Shown: positions 46,602 through 57,198, counted from the first letter of the stretch. The stretch is DNA of 64,000 bases from Bdellovibrionales bacterium (GCA_040380025.1 JBEIJY010000002.1:73660-137659); one strand, 5' to 3'. The notes: generated from the sequence alone by a model not told the origin. A program made the numbers and translations.

Positions 46602-48947
46602 GTGAAATTCGTGATCCTGGCTCTTGCATCCTGCTTGTTTCTCGCGTCCGCCCGGGCCGCCACGATCACCGAGGTCCAGACCGCGGGGCTCCGGCGCATC
46701 GAGCGCGATGCCGTGCTCGAGAAAATCCTCTCCAAAAAGGGTGTTGAGTACGATTCCGACCGCATCCGATCCGACATCGAGGCCCTTTATGGCATGGGGT
46801 ATTTTGACGACATCTCGATTCATCGGGAGGACTCCCCCGAAGGCGGCGTCGTTCTGAAGTACGAATTCGTCGAGCGGCCCGTGATCAACGAGATTCTTTT
46901 CGAGGGGAACGAAAAGATCTCCACCTCCGATCTCGAGGAGGCGATCAAGGTCAAGCGCTGGTCGATCCTCGACACGAGCAAAGTCCAGGCGGACATCGAG
47001 ATCCTTCAAAAGCAGTACGAAGAAAAAGGCTATTTCCTCGCCCGGATCACCCATGAGGTGAGGCCCGATGTCGAGGGAGAGGTCAAGCTCGTGTACCGGG
47101 TCTCGGACTACGACAAGGTCGAGATCAAGCGGATCAACATCCTGAACAACAAGCGCTTCAGCACTTCAAAGCTGAAGTCCCTTTTCGCCGAAACCAAAGA
47201 GGGAGATTCGGCGAGCCTGCTTTCGAGCGGGGGATCCTTCAAGGAATCGGCGTTCAAGGTCGATCTCCAGCGCCTGATGTATTTTTACTTCGACAACGGC
47301 TATCTCAAGTTCCGGCATGAGAATCCCGTGGTCACCGTGAGCGAAGACAAGCGCCACGTGTTCATCTCGCTCTGGGTCGATGAAGGCGAGCAGTACTCGG
47401 TTGGGTCGTATGACTTCAGCGGCGATCTTCTTTTTCCGAAAGATGAGCTCAAAAAAGAGATCAGTCTCCTGGAAGGCCAGATCTTCACGATTACGGGGCG
47501 CAATGCCGACATCCAGAGGCTGACCGAGAAATATCAGGATCTCGGGTACGCCTTTGTGAACGTGGTTCCCCGGATGGAGTTCGATGACCAGAAGAAAACC
47601 ATCGCCGTCGATTATTCTTTCGAAAAAGGAAGCCTGGTTCATTTTGGCGAGATCCGGATCGTCGGCAACACCAAGACCTACGACAAGGTGATCCGTCGCG
47701 AGCTTCGGATTTATGAGGGCGAGCTGTACAGCGGGTCCAAGCTCAGAATTTCAAAGGAGCGGGTGGAGCGCCTCGGGTTTTTTGCGCCGGGCGAGGTGCA
47801 GTTCAATCAGATTCCGCGAAAAGGGCGCGATGATGTCGTCGACATCGAGATCCAGATCAAGGAACGCTCGACCGGAAGCGTGACTCTCGGGGCCGGATAC
47901 AGCTCCGTGCAGGGCTTCTTTTTTCAGGGAAGGATCCAGGAAATCAACCTCTTCGGCCGTGGTCAGAACCTGAGCTTCGAGACGCAGTGGGGGCGCACCC
48001 AGCTCGTCCGGAGCTTCTCGCTTTCGTTTCTTGATCCGTACGCCTTCGATACCCTTTGGAGTGCGGGCTTTGACATCTTCATGGCGAACTCGCCGATCCC
48101 GGACCGCTACCTGATCCGTCGCTCGGGGTTCAATCTCAGGACGGGGTATCCGCTCACCGATGACATTCAAGGGTTCATCACCTACAAGTTCGAGCATCTG
48201 GGAGTCCTGATCAACGATGCCGACAGCCGGAATCAGCAGCGGCTCCTTCCGGGCGCAAACACTTCGCTCCCCGTACTGAAGGCCGATGAAACTCTCGACA
48301 GAGGCATTCTCTCGAGCCTGGTCTTCAGCGTGGTCCGTGATCGCCGGAATAACCGCTTCGAAACCACCAGCGGCAATTATCAGAACGCCTCGTTCGAGAT
48401 CGCCGGTCTCGGCGGGGTGAAGGATTTTGCGAAGCTCATTTTGAACAATCGCTTTTATTCGAATTTCATCGGGAATTTTGTTTTCAAGAACAACACCGAG
48501 TTCGGCGCCTTGTTCAATACCGGCGGACGGGGGATTCCTCCTGCCGAGAAGTTCTTCCTCGGGGGGCCGTGGAATTTGCGCGGCTTTGATGCGTTCTCGA
48601 TCTCGCCGACCAGTGGCACGGGAACAGCGGACGATCCGATCGAGAAACTCGGCGGGGTCTCGCAATTCTTCTCGATGTTCGAGCTGGAGCATCCGATCGT
48701 GAAGGAGGCGGGAATCAAAGGAGTCCTTTTTTACGACGTCGGAAGCTCTTTTGCGGGCGTTCCTGTCATCGATTCTGGTCGAAACTACAATCTCCGGCAG
48801 GACTGGGGATTCGGAATCCGCTGGTTTTCGCCCCTCGGACCTCTGCGATTTGAATGGGGTTTTCCGATCGGACGGCAGATCATCGCCACCCGGGGCCAGA
48901 TCGAGGCAAGCCCCTCATTCATTTTCTTTATCGGACAACCCTTTTAG
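46602..48947 (+). CDS. bamA: outer membrane protein assembly factor BamA
   Basis: Signal peptide, five POTRA-like repeats and a C-terminal surface-antigen beta-barrel ending in an aromatic residue. Confidence 0.9.
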   Translation: MKFVILALASCLFLASARAATITEVQTAGLRRIERDAVLEKILSKKGVEYDSDRIRSDIEALYGMGYFDDISIHREDSPEGGVVLKYEFVERPVINEILFEGNEKISTSDLEEAIKVKRWSILDTSKVQADIEILQKQYEEKGYFLARITHEVRPDVEGEVKLVYRVSDYDKVEIKRINILNNKRFSTSKLKSLFAETKEGDSASLLSSGGSFKESAFKVDLQRLMYFYFDNGYLKFRHENPVVTVSEDKRHVFISLWVDEGEQYSVGSYDFSGDLLFPKDELKKEISLLEGQIFTITGRNADIQRLTEKYQDLGYAFVNVVPRMEFDDQKKTIAVDYSFEKGSLVHFGEIRIVGNTKTYDKVIRRELRIYEGELYSGSKLRISKERVERLGFFAPGEVQFNQIPRKGRDDVVDIEIQIKERSTGSVTLGAGYSSVQGFFFQGRIQEINLFGRGQNLSFETQWGRTQLVRSFSLSFLDPYAFDTLWSAGFDIFMANSPIPDRYLIRRSGFNLRTGYPLTDDIQGFITYKFEHLGVLINDADSRNQQRLLPGANTSLPVLKADETLDRGILSSLVFSVVRDRRNNRFETTSGNYQNASFEIAGLGGVKDFAKLILNNRFYSNFIGNFVFKNNTEFGALFNTGGRGIPPAEKFFLGGPWNLRGFDAFSISPTSGTGTADDPIEKLGGVSQFFSMFELEHPIVKEAGIKGVLFYDVGSSFAGVPVIDSGRNYNLRQDWGFGIRWFSPLGPLRFEWGFPIGRQIIATRGQIEASPSFIFFIGQPF

Positions 48948-48962
48948 GTTAAGCTCCCCCTC

Positions 48963-49472
48963 ATGAACAAAACAGCCACGATCGGTTTTATTCTGTGCAG
49001 TCTGGTCCTCAACTCCGCCATCGCCCGTGCCGACGGAGACCTGAAAGTCGGGATCATCGACATGCAGAAATGCATTCAAAGTTCGGATTCCGGAAAGAAA
49101 GCGAAGGCCGAGCTCGAAGCAGCCTTCAACAAAAAGAAAAAAGAACTTCAAGAGCAGGAACAGGCTTTTAAGACCGCAGAAGAAGCGTTTCAAAAGAAGC
49201 AGGGCGCTTTGAGCGAGACCGCCCGGAAGGAACAACAAGAAAAGCTCCGGGAGAAGTTCATGAAGTATCAGGAGAACCTGCAGCGATCCCAGGCCGAGAT
49301 TCAAAAAAAGGAGCAGGACATGAGCGCTCCCATCATCCAGAAGGTGCGCGAGAAGGTGACCGAAATCGCGAAGAAACGCGGCCTCGGCATCGTGCTCGAG
49401 AAGAACGAGAACATCGTCATTCATTCCGAGGACCGCTACGACATCACCGATGAGGTCATGAAGGCTCTTTGA
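48963..49472 (+). CDS. skp: periplasmic chaperone Skp (OmpH)
   Basis: Signal peptide and a coiled-coil Lys/Glu-rich body, in the conserved position between bamA and lpxD. Confidence 0.8.
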   Translation: MNKTATIGFILCSLVLNSAIARADGDLKVGIIDMQKCIQSSDSGKKAKAELEAAFNKKKKELQEQEQAFKTAEEAFQKKQGALSETARKEQQEKLREKFMKYQENLQRSQAEIQKKEQDMSAPIIQKVREKVTEIAKKRGLGIVLEKNENIVIHSEDRYDITDEVMKAL

Positions 49473-50557
49473 TGGTCTCGATCGAGCAGGTTGCAGACTG
49501 GTGCGGGGGACGGATTGCGAACTCCGCTGAGGGGGCGATTTCCTCGCTGGCAGGGTCGCTTCGCCTGCGACGGATCGCACCTCTTGAGAAGGCCGGACCC
49601 GAGGATCTTGCGTTCTTTTTTTCAAAAAACTACCAAGAGGCCCTGAAGCAGACCCGCGCCGGGGCGATCGTGACGGGCGATGCGTTCGTCGCTCCTCTGG
49701 CCGGATCGGGACTTCCCCAGTGGAAGACTTCCGTATTTTTGTCGTGCCCGCAGCCTTATCTGGCGATGGCACTCATCACCCGCGAATTTTCGAAACTTCT
49801 TTCGGCCCATGATCATCAGCAAAAAAGAGCCGCAAGCGAGATCCACCCGAGCGCGGTGATCGATCCTTCGGCACGGCTCGGCGAGCGGGTCAAAGTGGGT
49901 CCTCATGTGGTCATCGAGGCCGGCGCCGTGGTGGGCAATGATGTCACCCTGTATCCCTCGGTGTATCTCGGCCCGGATACGCGAGTGGGCGATGAGACCG
50001 TGCTCTTCCCGCGAGTTTCGCTGTATCAGGCAAGCGAGGTCGGCAAGAGGTGCCGCCTCCACGCCGGAGCAGTGATCGGAGCCGACGGGTTCGGGTACGC
50101 GCAAAAAACCGACCCAGCAAGCAAGCTCCCGGTCGATCACCTGAAGATTTACCATCTCGGCCGCGTTGTGATCGGCGACGATGTTGAGATCGGTGCGAAT
50201 TCGACGATCGATCGCGGCACTTTCGGCGACACGATCATCGGCGACAAGGTCAAGATCGACAACCAGGTCCAGATCGGACACAACGTGGTGCTCGAAGAGG
50301 GCGCGGTTCTTTGCGGCGCCTCCGGAGTCGCGGGAAGTTCAACGGTCGGACGATTCACCATGATCGGAGCACAGGCGGGTCTCGGCAACGGAGTCAAAGT
50401 CGGGGCGTACTCGACGCTCGCAGGGTATACCGGTGTGACCAAGGATTATCCCGATCATTCCGCTCTTGCGGGAGTTCCCGCGCGGCCGCAAAGCGAGCAG
50501 TTCCGGATCCTGGCGCTCCAACAAAAGCTTCTGAAAGAACGAGGACGAAAAAAATGA
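49469..50557 (+). CDS. lpxD: UDP-3-O-(3-hydroxyacyl)glucosamine N-acyltransferase
   Basis: Left-handed beta-helix hexapeptide repeats with a C-terminal helix. In the conserved lpx cluster. Confidence 0.9.
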   Translation: MMVSIEQVADWCGGRIANSAEGAISSLAGSLRLRRIAPLEKAGPEDLAFFFSKNYQEALKQTRAGAIVTGDAFVAPLAGSGLPQWKTSVFLSCPQPYLAMALITREFSKLLSAHDHQQKRAASEIHPSAVIDPSARLGERVKVGPHVVIEAGAVVGNDVTLYPSVYLGPDTRVGDETVLFPRVSLYQASEVGKRCRLHAGAVIGADGFGYAQKTDPASKLPVDHLKIYHLGRVVIGDDVEIGANSTIDRGTFGDTIIGDKVKIDNQVQIGHNVVLEEGAVLCGASGVAGSSTVGRFTMIGAQAGLGNGVKVGAYSTLAGYTGVTKDYPDHSALAGVPARPQSEQFRILALQQKLLKERGRKK

Positions 50558-51084
50558 ACGAGCCCGCTCCGTACCAACTGGATATCCGGAAGATCCAGGA
50601 ATTTCTTCCTCATCGGTATCCGTTCTTGATGGTCGACCGGATTCTGGACATCACCGGGCCCGGCCCCTTGGACAGTGACGAGTCCAAGACCAAAATCGGC
50701 ATCAAGGTCCGGGGCGTGAAGAACGTCACCATGAATGAGCCGTATTTCACGGGACACTTTCCCGACCTTCCGATCATGCCCGGGGTGCAGATCATCGAGG
50801 CCATGGCCCAGGTGGCGAGCTTTTCGATTTATCCGACCTACATGAAGCGCAAAGCCGAATTCGACGACGGGTTTCAGTGCTTTCTCGTGGGAGTCGACAA
50901 CGCGCGCTTCCGCGCGCCCGTCACTCCGGGAGATGTTCTCGTGGTCGAAACCGAAGTGACCATGAGTCGCTCCACCATGTGGGGGTTCCATGTTCGCGGT
51001 ACCGTCGACGGCAAACTCGTGGCCGAGGCCGATCTTCTCGCTAACATCCTGATGAGCCGCAAGGGCTCGAAAACAGTCCGATAA
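50554..51084 (+). CDS. fabZ: 3-hydroxyacyl-ACP dehydratase
   Basis: HRYPFLMVDRI and HFPDLPIMPGV hot-dog motifs. ATG 50554 overlaps the lpxD stop. Confidence 0.9.
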   Translation: MNEPAPYQLDIRKIQEFLPHRYPFLMVDRILDITGPGPLDSDESKTKIGIKVRGVKNVTMNEPYFTGHFPDLPIMPGVQIIEAMAQVASFSIYPTYMKRKAEFDDGFQCFLVGVDNARFRAPVTPGDVLVVETEVTMSRSTMWGFHVRGTVDGKLVAEADLLANILMSRKGSKTVR

Positions 51085-51097
51085 AAGGAGTTTCATC

Positions 51098-51877
51098 ATG
51101 GCGAACATCCATTCGACTGCGATTGTCCATGCCCGTGCAGAGCTTGCCGCCACGGTCGAGGTAGGACCCTACTGTGTGATCGGCCCGAATGTGAAGGTCG
51201 ACGAGGGGACTTGTTTTCAGAGCCATGTTGTCGTCGATGGTTGGACGACGATCGGCAAGAACAATGTGTTCTTTCCGTTCGGCTCGATCGGAGCCGTGCC
51301 GCAGGACCTGAAGTACAAGGGCGAAAAAACCGAGCTGATCATCGGGGACCACAACACGATCCGCGAGAGCGTCACTTTGAATCTCGGGACCGTGCAGGGA
51401 ATCGGAAAGACCGTGATCGGAAATCACAACCTGATCATGGCCTATGTGCATTTCGGTCATGATGTCGTGCTCGGAAACCACGCCATCATCGCGAACTCGG
51501 TCAATCTTGCGGGGCACTCCGTGATCGAAGACCATGTGAACGTCGGCGGCATGACCGGGGTTGTGCAGTTCTGCCGGATCGGGGCGCACTCCTATGTCGG
51601 GGGTTGTTCGGTGATCGATCGGGACGTGACTCCCTTCACCATCGTCATCGGCTCACGGCCCGTCGAGCTGAAGGGTGCCAACATCATCGGCCTTCGCCGG
51701 CGTGGATTCAGCAATGCCACGATCTCGGCGATCAGTGAATCCCTGAAGCTCTGGAAGCGTGCGGATGTCATGAGGGACCAGTGCCTGCTCGAGATCGAGA
51801 GCCAGTATGGCGAGGTTCCCGAGGTGCGGGAACTCGTGCAGTTCATCCGGAAGAGCGAGCACGGTTGCGTGAGATGA
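51098..51877 (+). CDS. lpxA: acyl-ACP--UDP-GlcNAc O-acyltransferase
   Basis: Hexapeptide-repeat beta-helix with a C-terminal helical domain. The stop overlaps the next start. Confidence 0.9.
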   Translation: MANIHSTAIVHARAELAATVEVGPYCVIGPNVKVDEGTCFQSHVVVDGWTTIGKNNVFFPFGSIGAVPQDLKYKGEKTELIIGDHNTIRESVTLNLGTVQGIGKTVIGNHNLIMAYVHFGHDVVLGNHAIIANSVNLAGHSVIEDHVNVGGMTGVVQFCRIGAHSYVGGCSVIDRDVTPFTIVIGSRPVELKGANIIGLRRRGFSNATISAISESLKLWKRADVMRDQCLLEIESQYGEVPEVRELVQFIRKSEHGCVR

Positions 51878-53961
51878 GGATCTTTGTCTCCGCGGCGGAG
51901 ATTTCGTCTGACATTCACGCCGCGAAGATTCTCCGCGCCCTGATCGATCTCTTGCCGCCGGATTCGGTCCGTGTTGCCGGAATCGGCGGTCCGCGTCTTC
52001 GAGCCCTCCCTGAATTCGAGTGTCTTGCCGAAGCGGAGTCGATGCGGGTCATGGGTTTTGTCGAAGTGCTCGGAAGTTTGGGCAAGCTCGCGCGAATTCG
52101 TGACAAAATCGAAGGATTCCTTTCTTCGAATCCTCCCGATCTCATTCTGACGTTCGATTATCCTGATTTCCATTTTTCTTTGATGAAAAGACTCTCGCGC
52201 CATCCCTGGTTTGCGGAAGCATTCAAGATCTGCGCGATTCCGCCCAAGGTCTGGGTGTGGCGAAAAAATCGGGTCGAACGGATCCGCAGACTCTACGACG
52301 GGGTGCTCGTGGTGTTCCCGTTCGAAGAACAATTCTATCGCGATCACGGGATCCCGGTTTTGTACCGTGGGAATCCGCTCATTGCCGATCTGCTCGAGCG
52401 GCATCCTGTCCGGGCCGGTGGCGATGCCGGTGATTTCTTGCAACTCGCAGTTCTTCCCGGAAGCCGCAAGGGGGAGCTAAAGCAGCATCTTCCGATTGTG
52501 GCGGCCACGCTTCATGATCTTTCTGCGATTTCAGGAAGAACGGTGATTGCAGAGGTGCCCGTTCCCCGGGGAGTCGAGCAGTCTTGGATCGAGTGCGAGC
52601 TGGTTTCGAACTCACGGGTGCAGTACCGGTTTTTTCCGGATGGATCGGGAGAGGTCCTCTCGCGCAATTCCGTCGGGTTGGTGAAGAGCGGCACGTCCAC
52701 GCTCGAGGCGGCGGTTCTCGGGTGTGTGCCGGTGATTTTTTATCGAATGAATCCCGTGAGTGAGTGGATTTTCAAGAAATTCGTCCGGTACGCCGGTCCG
52801 GTGGGGCTCCCGAACATCCTGCTTGGAATCCGGGATCGAAGCCGCGCGGTGTTTCGCGAGTTTTTGGGTCGGGAGGCCGCCCCCGGAGCGCTGGCCGTGG
52901 AGCTTCGGAGATTGCTCGAGGATTCCGGGTCGAGAGACGAACTCCAACGGGCCGGTGACTCCTTGCGGTCCTCTTTGGTGCCCGCCCGGGGGCCGGTCCC
53001 GACCGAACTCGCGAAGGCCATTCTGGAGTGGGTTTCGACGCCGCGAAATCTCCGCATTTCCCGCAAAAAATCAACATGGATCGCACTGGCTTCGTTCTTC
53101 TGGTCTTGTTTGAATGGCCTGCGAAGGGGAGTGCGGAAGGCTCTCGGACTCACCGGGCGCAAGCTTCCGGTCCGTTCGATTCTGGTCGGAAACCTGCAGG
53201 CCGGCGGGGCGGGAAAAACCCCTCTGGTGATCGCTCTCGCGCAGGGGGCGCTGGCGCGGGGGGATCGGGTCGGGGTGGTTTCGCGCGGCTACGGAATCAA
53301 GCTCACTGAAACAGTCCGGATCGCATCTCACGGGGACTCCGCGTCCCGGATCGGAGACGAACCGGCCGAAATTCTGAGCGAGGTACCGGGAGTGAAGATC
53401 GCTCTTTCGGCCGATCGGCATCAGGCTGCAGAGGCACTGATCCGCGAGGGCGTGAATCTCATTCTGGCCGATGACGGATTCCAGAATCTCCGGTTTCGCA
53501 CCGATGTGACCGTTCTTGCGGTGACGGATGCGGGACGGAACGAGATTCCCTATCGGGATTTTGACTCGGTCGCGACTTTGGCAGACTTCGTCGTCCAAAC
53601 AAAGGGCGAGGTGGGCGACCGGTTCGGTGCGATTTTTCGGCTCGAGTGGGAGTCTGATGCGATTCCTCATGGTCCTCTTTGGCTCTGGTGTGCCGTCGGG
53701 GATCCCGATGAGGTGGTGCGATTCCATCGGAATCGCGGGTGTGAAATCGAGCGTGTGATCGTCGCCCGCGATCATGCGGTGCCGGACCCCGCGGCGATCT
53801 CGGCATGGATCAACGAAGCCCGTCTTGCGGGTGCGCATCTGGCCGTGACCCCGAAGGATGCGGTGAAGATTCCGCTCGATCTGCGTCAGGAAATTGTGGT
53901 TCTTTCTCGAAGGATTCGCGCTCCACAGTTGATTTCGAAGATCTTGGACCGTTTGCAATAA
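51874..53961 (+). CDS. lpxB-lpxK: lipid-A-disaccharide synthase fused to tetraacyldisaccharide 4'-kinase (LpxB-LpxK)
   Basis: The first ~385 aa are LpxB (MRIFVSAAEISSD ... GTSTLEA). They are followed by the LpxK membrane anchor (WIALASFFWSCL), the P-loop NLQAGGAGKTP and DDGFQ, with no intervening stop. Confidence 0.85.
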   Translation: MRIFVSAAEISSDIHAAKILRALIDLLPPDSVRVAGIGGPRLRALPEFECLAEAESMRVMGFVEVLGSLGKLARIRDKIEGFLSSNPPDLILTFDYPDFHFSLMKRLSRHPWFAEAFKICAIPPKVWVWRKNRVERIRRLYDGVLVVFPFEEQFYRDHGIPVLYRGNPLIADLLERHPVRAGGDAGDFLQLAVLPGSRKGELKQHLPIVAATLHDLSAISGRTVIAEVPVPRGVEQSWIECELVSNSRVQYRFFPDGSGEVLSRNSVGLVKSGTSTLEAAVLGCVPVIFYRMNPVSEWIFKKFVRYAGPVGLPNILLGIRDRSRAVFREFLGREAAPGALAVELRRLLEDSGSRDELQRAGDSLRSSLVPARGPVPTELAKAILEWVSTPRNLRISRKKSTWIALASFFWSCLNGLRRGVRKALGLTGRKLPVRSILVGNLQAGGAGKTPLVIALAQGALARGDRVGVVSRGYGIKLTETVRIASHGDSASRIGDEPAEILSEVPGVKIALSADRHQAAEALIREGVNLILADDGFQNLRFRTDVTVLAVTDAGRNEIPYRDFDSVATLADFVVQTKGEVGDRFGAIFRLEWESDAIPHGPLWLWCAVGDPDEVVRFHRNRGCEIERVIVARDHAVPDPAAISAWINEARLAGAHLAVTPKDAVKIPLDLRQEIVVLSRRIRAPQLISKILDRLQ

Positions 53962-53988
53962 GCCCTGGGAAGCCGTAAACTCAAAAAG

Positions 53989-55026
53989 ATGGAAAGAAAA
54001 CGGGGCCGGCGACTTTATTCGGCGGGACATTTCGGTCTTGGAGTGTTGTTGATTCTTGCCGCGTGTTCCACATCCAATCATTTGCGAAAGATCGAGGATG
54101 GCGACCTGAGCAAAGAGCTTTCCCCGGATCTTGCAAAGCGCTTCGAGGTGAAGGATTTCTCGGGAGCGCCCCCGGCTCCTGCGCCGTCCCCTGCGCCGCT
54201 ACCGGCTGCTTCCGAAAAAGCCGGCAAGAAGAAAGGCAAAAAAGGATCTGGAATGAAGGAGAAGCAGCCATCTCCGAGCGAGCCAAAAGCAGTCCCGGCT
54301 CCCGCGTCCGCGCCCTCCCGACGGGTGTCACCCATGCCCTTTGAGGAGGGCGAGCGTCTGACTTATGATGTGCGTTATCTCGGGGTGACCGCCGCCACGG
54401 TCGAGGTCGAGGTGGGGCCGGTCAAGTTCGTGAATGACCGGAAGGTCTATGAGCTGAGGGGTCACGCTCGAACCCAAAAGCTCTTCGAGCTGGTGTATCG
54501 GGTGGATGACCGGATTCAAAGTTATTGGGATTACGAAGGACTCTATTCGCACCGGTTTTCGATGGATCTCGATGAGAGTAAACAGAATCGAAAGCTGATT
54601 GAACTGTACGATTACGAAAAGAACCAGAGCTTTTTCTGGAATCGCATCGACCATGTCGAAAAGGGGTACAGCGAAGAAAAGCGGAATCAGGACATCCTTC
54701 CCTGGTCGCAGGATTTGCTTTCGGGATTGTTTTACCTGAGAGTGGCACCGCTTCCTGTCGACGGTTCTGCCCCGTTCCGGATGCCCGTGATCGTCGACGG
54801 AAGACCTTGGGAATCGGTGATTACGTATCTCAGGACCGAGAAAATTTTCGCCGGAGGTAAAAACCGCGAGGCGAGGGTGTACCGGGTGGAAAACCATGCG
54901 GGCGGTGAGGTGAAGAACAAAGAGAATATGCTTTGGGTTTCGACCGATGAACGCCGCCATGTCCTGCGGATCGAGACCAAGGTCAAGGTGGGATACTTCG
55001 CCATCGCGCTCGATAAGATTTTATGA
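53989..55026 (+). CDS. lipoprotein with low-complexity Pro/Ala/Lys linker and C-terminal beta-rich domain (possibly DUF3108-like)
   Basis: Lipobox LILAACS. The family assignment is tentative. Confidence 0.55.
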   Translation: MERKRGRRLYSAGHFGLGVLLILAACSTSNHLRKIEDGDLSKELSPDLAKRFEVKDFSGAPPAPAPSPAPLPAASEKAGKKKGKKGSGMKEKQPSPSEPKAVPAPASAPSRRVSPMPFEEGERLTYDVRYLGVTAATVEVEVGPVKFVNDRKVYELRGHARTQKLFELVYRVDDRIQSYWDYEGLYSHRFSMDLDESKQNRKLIELYDYEKNQSFFWNRIDHVEKGYSEEKRNQDILPWSQDLLSGLFYLRVAPLPVDGSAPFRMPVIVDGRPWESVITYLRTEKIFAGGKNREARVYRVENHAGGEVKNKENMLWVSTDERRHVLRIETKVKVGYFAIALDKIL

Positions 55027-56066
55027 AGAGAATCCTGGTGCGGGCCCCGAACTGGATCGGGGATCAGATCCTCGCTTATCCGTTTTTCAGGACACTCAGG
55101 GCCCGTTACCCGTCCGCATGGATTGCGGTCGTCTGCCCCGACGGACTGAAAGACATCCAGTTCTCGGGATTCGTTGACGAGGTTTTCCCCCTCCCCAAAA
55201 AGCGGAACGACCATTCCGTGAAGTCGATGTGGAAGCTTCATCGGTTCGGCCGGTTTCTCCGGACCAAGGGACCGTGGGATCTCGCGATTCTCTTGCCGAA
55301 CTCCTTCGGCTCGGCCCTCGTGTTCCGGCTGGCGGGTGCGGTCCGAAGGCGCGGCTATGTTGCCGATGCAAGGGGTTTCTTGCTGAATGAGGGGCTCAGG
55401 ATCGGAGAGGCGTCGTCGCTTCACCGCTCGAATGTGTATCTGCATCTTCTGAGTCCCGAGGGAGCGCTTTCCTTTGACGGCGCCGAGTACTGGAAAAAGG
55501 GACCTGAAAAGGAATTCGATCCGTATTTGCACTGGGCGGGGGTGGATGCCTTCGAACCGCCCGATGATCCTTATTTCGTAGTGGCACCGGGGTCGAATGC
55601 GGATTCGCGGCGCTGGGACGGGGAGCGGTTTTCGGATCTCATCCGTCGCATCACCGCGCGCAGAAGACTGCTTCCGGTTGTGGTCGGCGGAAAGGCCGAG
55701 CAGGGCATTGCAGAGCGATTCCGGCAAGACGGGGTGGAGTTTCTTGATTTCACGGCAAGGGGACCGGTGGCGGCACACTGGAAGCTCTTCAAACGGGCCG
55801 CATTCCTGGTGGCGAATGATTCGGGATTGGCCCATGTCGGGGCGCTTTGCGGGTGCCCGGTGCAGATCGTATGGGGAGCGGGCGATCCTGCGAGGACACT
55901 TCCGATCGGGCCCGGCCCCGTGCGGACCATTCAGCATCCGGTAAGCTGTTGGCCCTGCGAAAAGAATGTGTGTGCTCTCCCTCAGAGTGCAAAGAATTCA
56001 TGTCTGCGCGGGATCGATCCGTCACGGGTCTTCGAGGAGGTGGAGCGTGCAATTCTCTCCCGCTGA
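55023..56066 (+). CDS. LPS heptosyltransferase family (GT9) glycosyltransferase
   Basis: APNWIGDQIL N-terminal motif and NDSGLAHVGAALG-like C-terminal motif. Confidence 0.75.
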   Translation: MKRILVRAPNWIGDQILAYPFFRTLRARYPSAWIAVVCPDGLKDIQFSGFVDEVFPLPKKRNDHSVKSMWKLHRFGRFLRTKGPWDLAILLPNSFGSALVFRLAGAVRRRGYVADARGFLLNEGLRIGEASSLHRSNVYLHLLSPEGALSFDGAEYWKKGPEKEFDPYLHWAGVDAFEPPDDPYFVVAPGSNADSRRWDGERFSDLIRRITARRRLLPVVVGGKAEQGIAERFRQDGVEFLDFTARGPVAAHWKLFKRAAFLVANDSGLAHVGALCGCPVQIVWGAGDPARTLPIGPGPVRTIQHPVSCWPCEKNVCALPQSAKNSCLRGIDPSRVFEEVERAILSR

Positions 56067-57198
56067 GATTCAGAGAATCGTGTTCGTGTTTCCGGACGAC
56101 CGGTTCGGAGAGGATGAACAGCTTTCGATCGAGGATGTCTCGGAGCTTCACTCCCGGGGTGTGGACTGGAGAGCAGTGTGCGTGCGGGACAGCGAAGTTC
56201 ACCATCAGCTCGGAGGCGTCGATTCCTCGCGGTTGATCCTTCTCGATCGAGTGCCTGGTCCGAATCTGGACCGGACCGTGAGGGATGTGCTCGACGGGAT
56301 TCTTGAGCCCGGGAGTGTGGTCCATGTGCACGGCTCCCACTGCCTCGGAAGCATCCTGCCCTGGATGCTGAAGCATCCGAAAATCCCCGTCGTGGTGGCC
56401 GAAGGCCCCCGGGCAGAAAAGCGCTTCCGACATTTTTTTCAGAGTTTCTTTTACCCGAGGATCGATGCAGTACTCGTCCCCTCATCGACGATGAAGCGTC
56501 GTGTGTCTCAGATGCGACCGGTGTTGGCAAACCGGATCCGCGTGCTGCACCCCGGGCTCGACTTCAAGGTCTTCAATCCCGAAAATTTCGATTTTCGGAT
56601 TCTCCGGAGCAAGTGGGGGATCGACCCCGAGATCTGTGTGGTCGGAATGATCGCATCCCGCGAGTACAAAAAAGCGCAGTCTGTGTTCATCAAGGCCGCG
56701 GCCTCGTTTTTGCGGAACGAAGACCTTGCCTCACGTACGAGGTTTGTGATCGTCGGGTTCGAGCAGGAGGGAAACGAGGAGCTGATCGCCCTGATCGAGA
56801 AGTTCCATTTGCGGGACCAGATCATTCTCGCTCCTGCCGAGCCTTCGGTGCCGAAGGTACTCGGATCGCTCGATGTGTACGTGCTTCCCTCGAGCAAGGC
56901 GATGTTTGGCTTGCAAGCGATCGAAGCGCTTGCCATGGGCACGCCGATCATTTGTGCGGCAGGCCCCGATTCGGCAGAGTGGACCGGGAACTCGCAAGGG
57001 GGGCTGACCATGAGGTCCGGCGATTCCTTCGACTTGCAGAGAAAGCTCCGCACGATCATCGAGGACCCGGAAGAGCTGAAGATCATGGGTCAGCGTGCCG
57101 TGCAATATGCGCGGGAGCATTATGACCGAAAGATGCGGACGGATCGCTTGCTTCAGATTTATGCGAGAGCGCTCCACCGGAGAGCCGCTGCGGAATGA
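56047..57198 (+). CDS. GT4-family (GT1-fold) glycosyltransferase, probable LPS core
   Basis: C-terminal EALAMGTPII motif (the E-x7-E region) typical of GT4. The start is uncertain; GTG 56047 overlaps the upstream stop. Confidence 0.7.
   Translation: MQFSPAEIQRIVFVFPDDRFGEDEQLSIEDVSELHSRGVDWRAVCVRDSEVHHQLGGVDSSRLILLDRVPGPNLDRTVRDVLDGILEPGSVVHVHGSHCLGSILPWMLKHPKIPVVVAEGPRAEKRFRHFFQSFFYPRIDAVLVPSSTMKRRVSQMRPVLANRIRVLHPGLDFKVFNPENFDFRILRSKWGIDPEICVVGMIASREYKKAQSVFIKAAASFLRNEDLASRTRFVIVGFEQEGNEELIALIEKFHLRDQIILAPAEPSVPKVLGSLDVYVLPSSKAMFGLQAIEALAMGTPIICAAGPDSAEWTGNSQGGLTMRSGDSFDLQRKLRTIIEDPEELKIMGQRAVQYAREHYDRKMRTDRLLQIYARALHRRAAAE

Noticed and set aside
45915-47054. 379-aa minus-strand ORF; similar long ORFs at 12822..13817, 24392..25354, 26524..27633, 28457..29386, 33634..34278, 38440..39654, 53071..54081, 54732..55937, 57776..59110 and 61839..63401
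   Set aside because: All are antisense to motif-bearing genes on the opposite strand and show the biased composition expected from high-GC stop-codon depletion.
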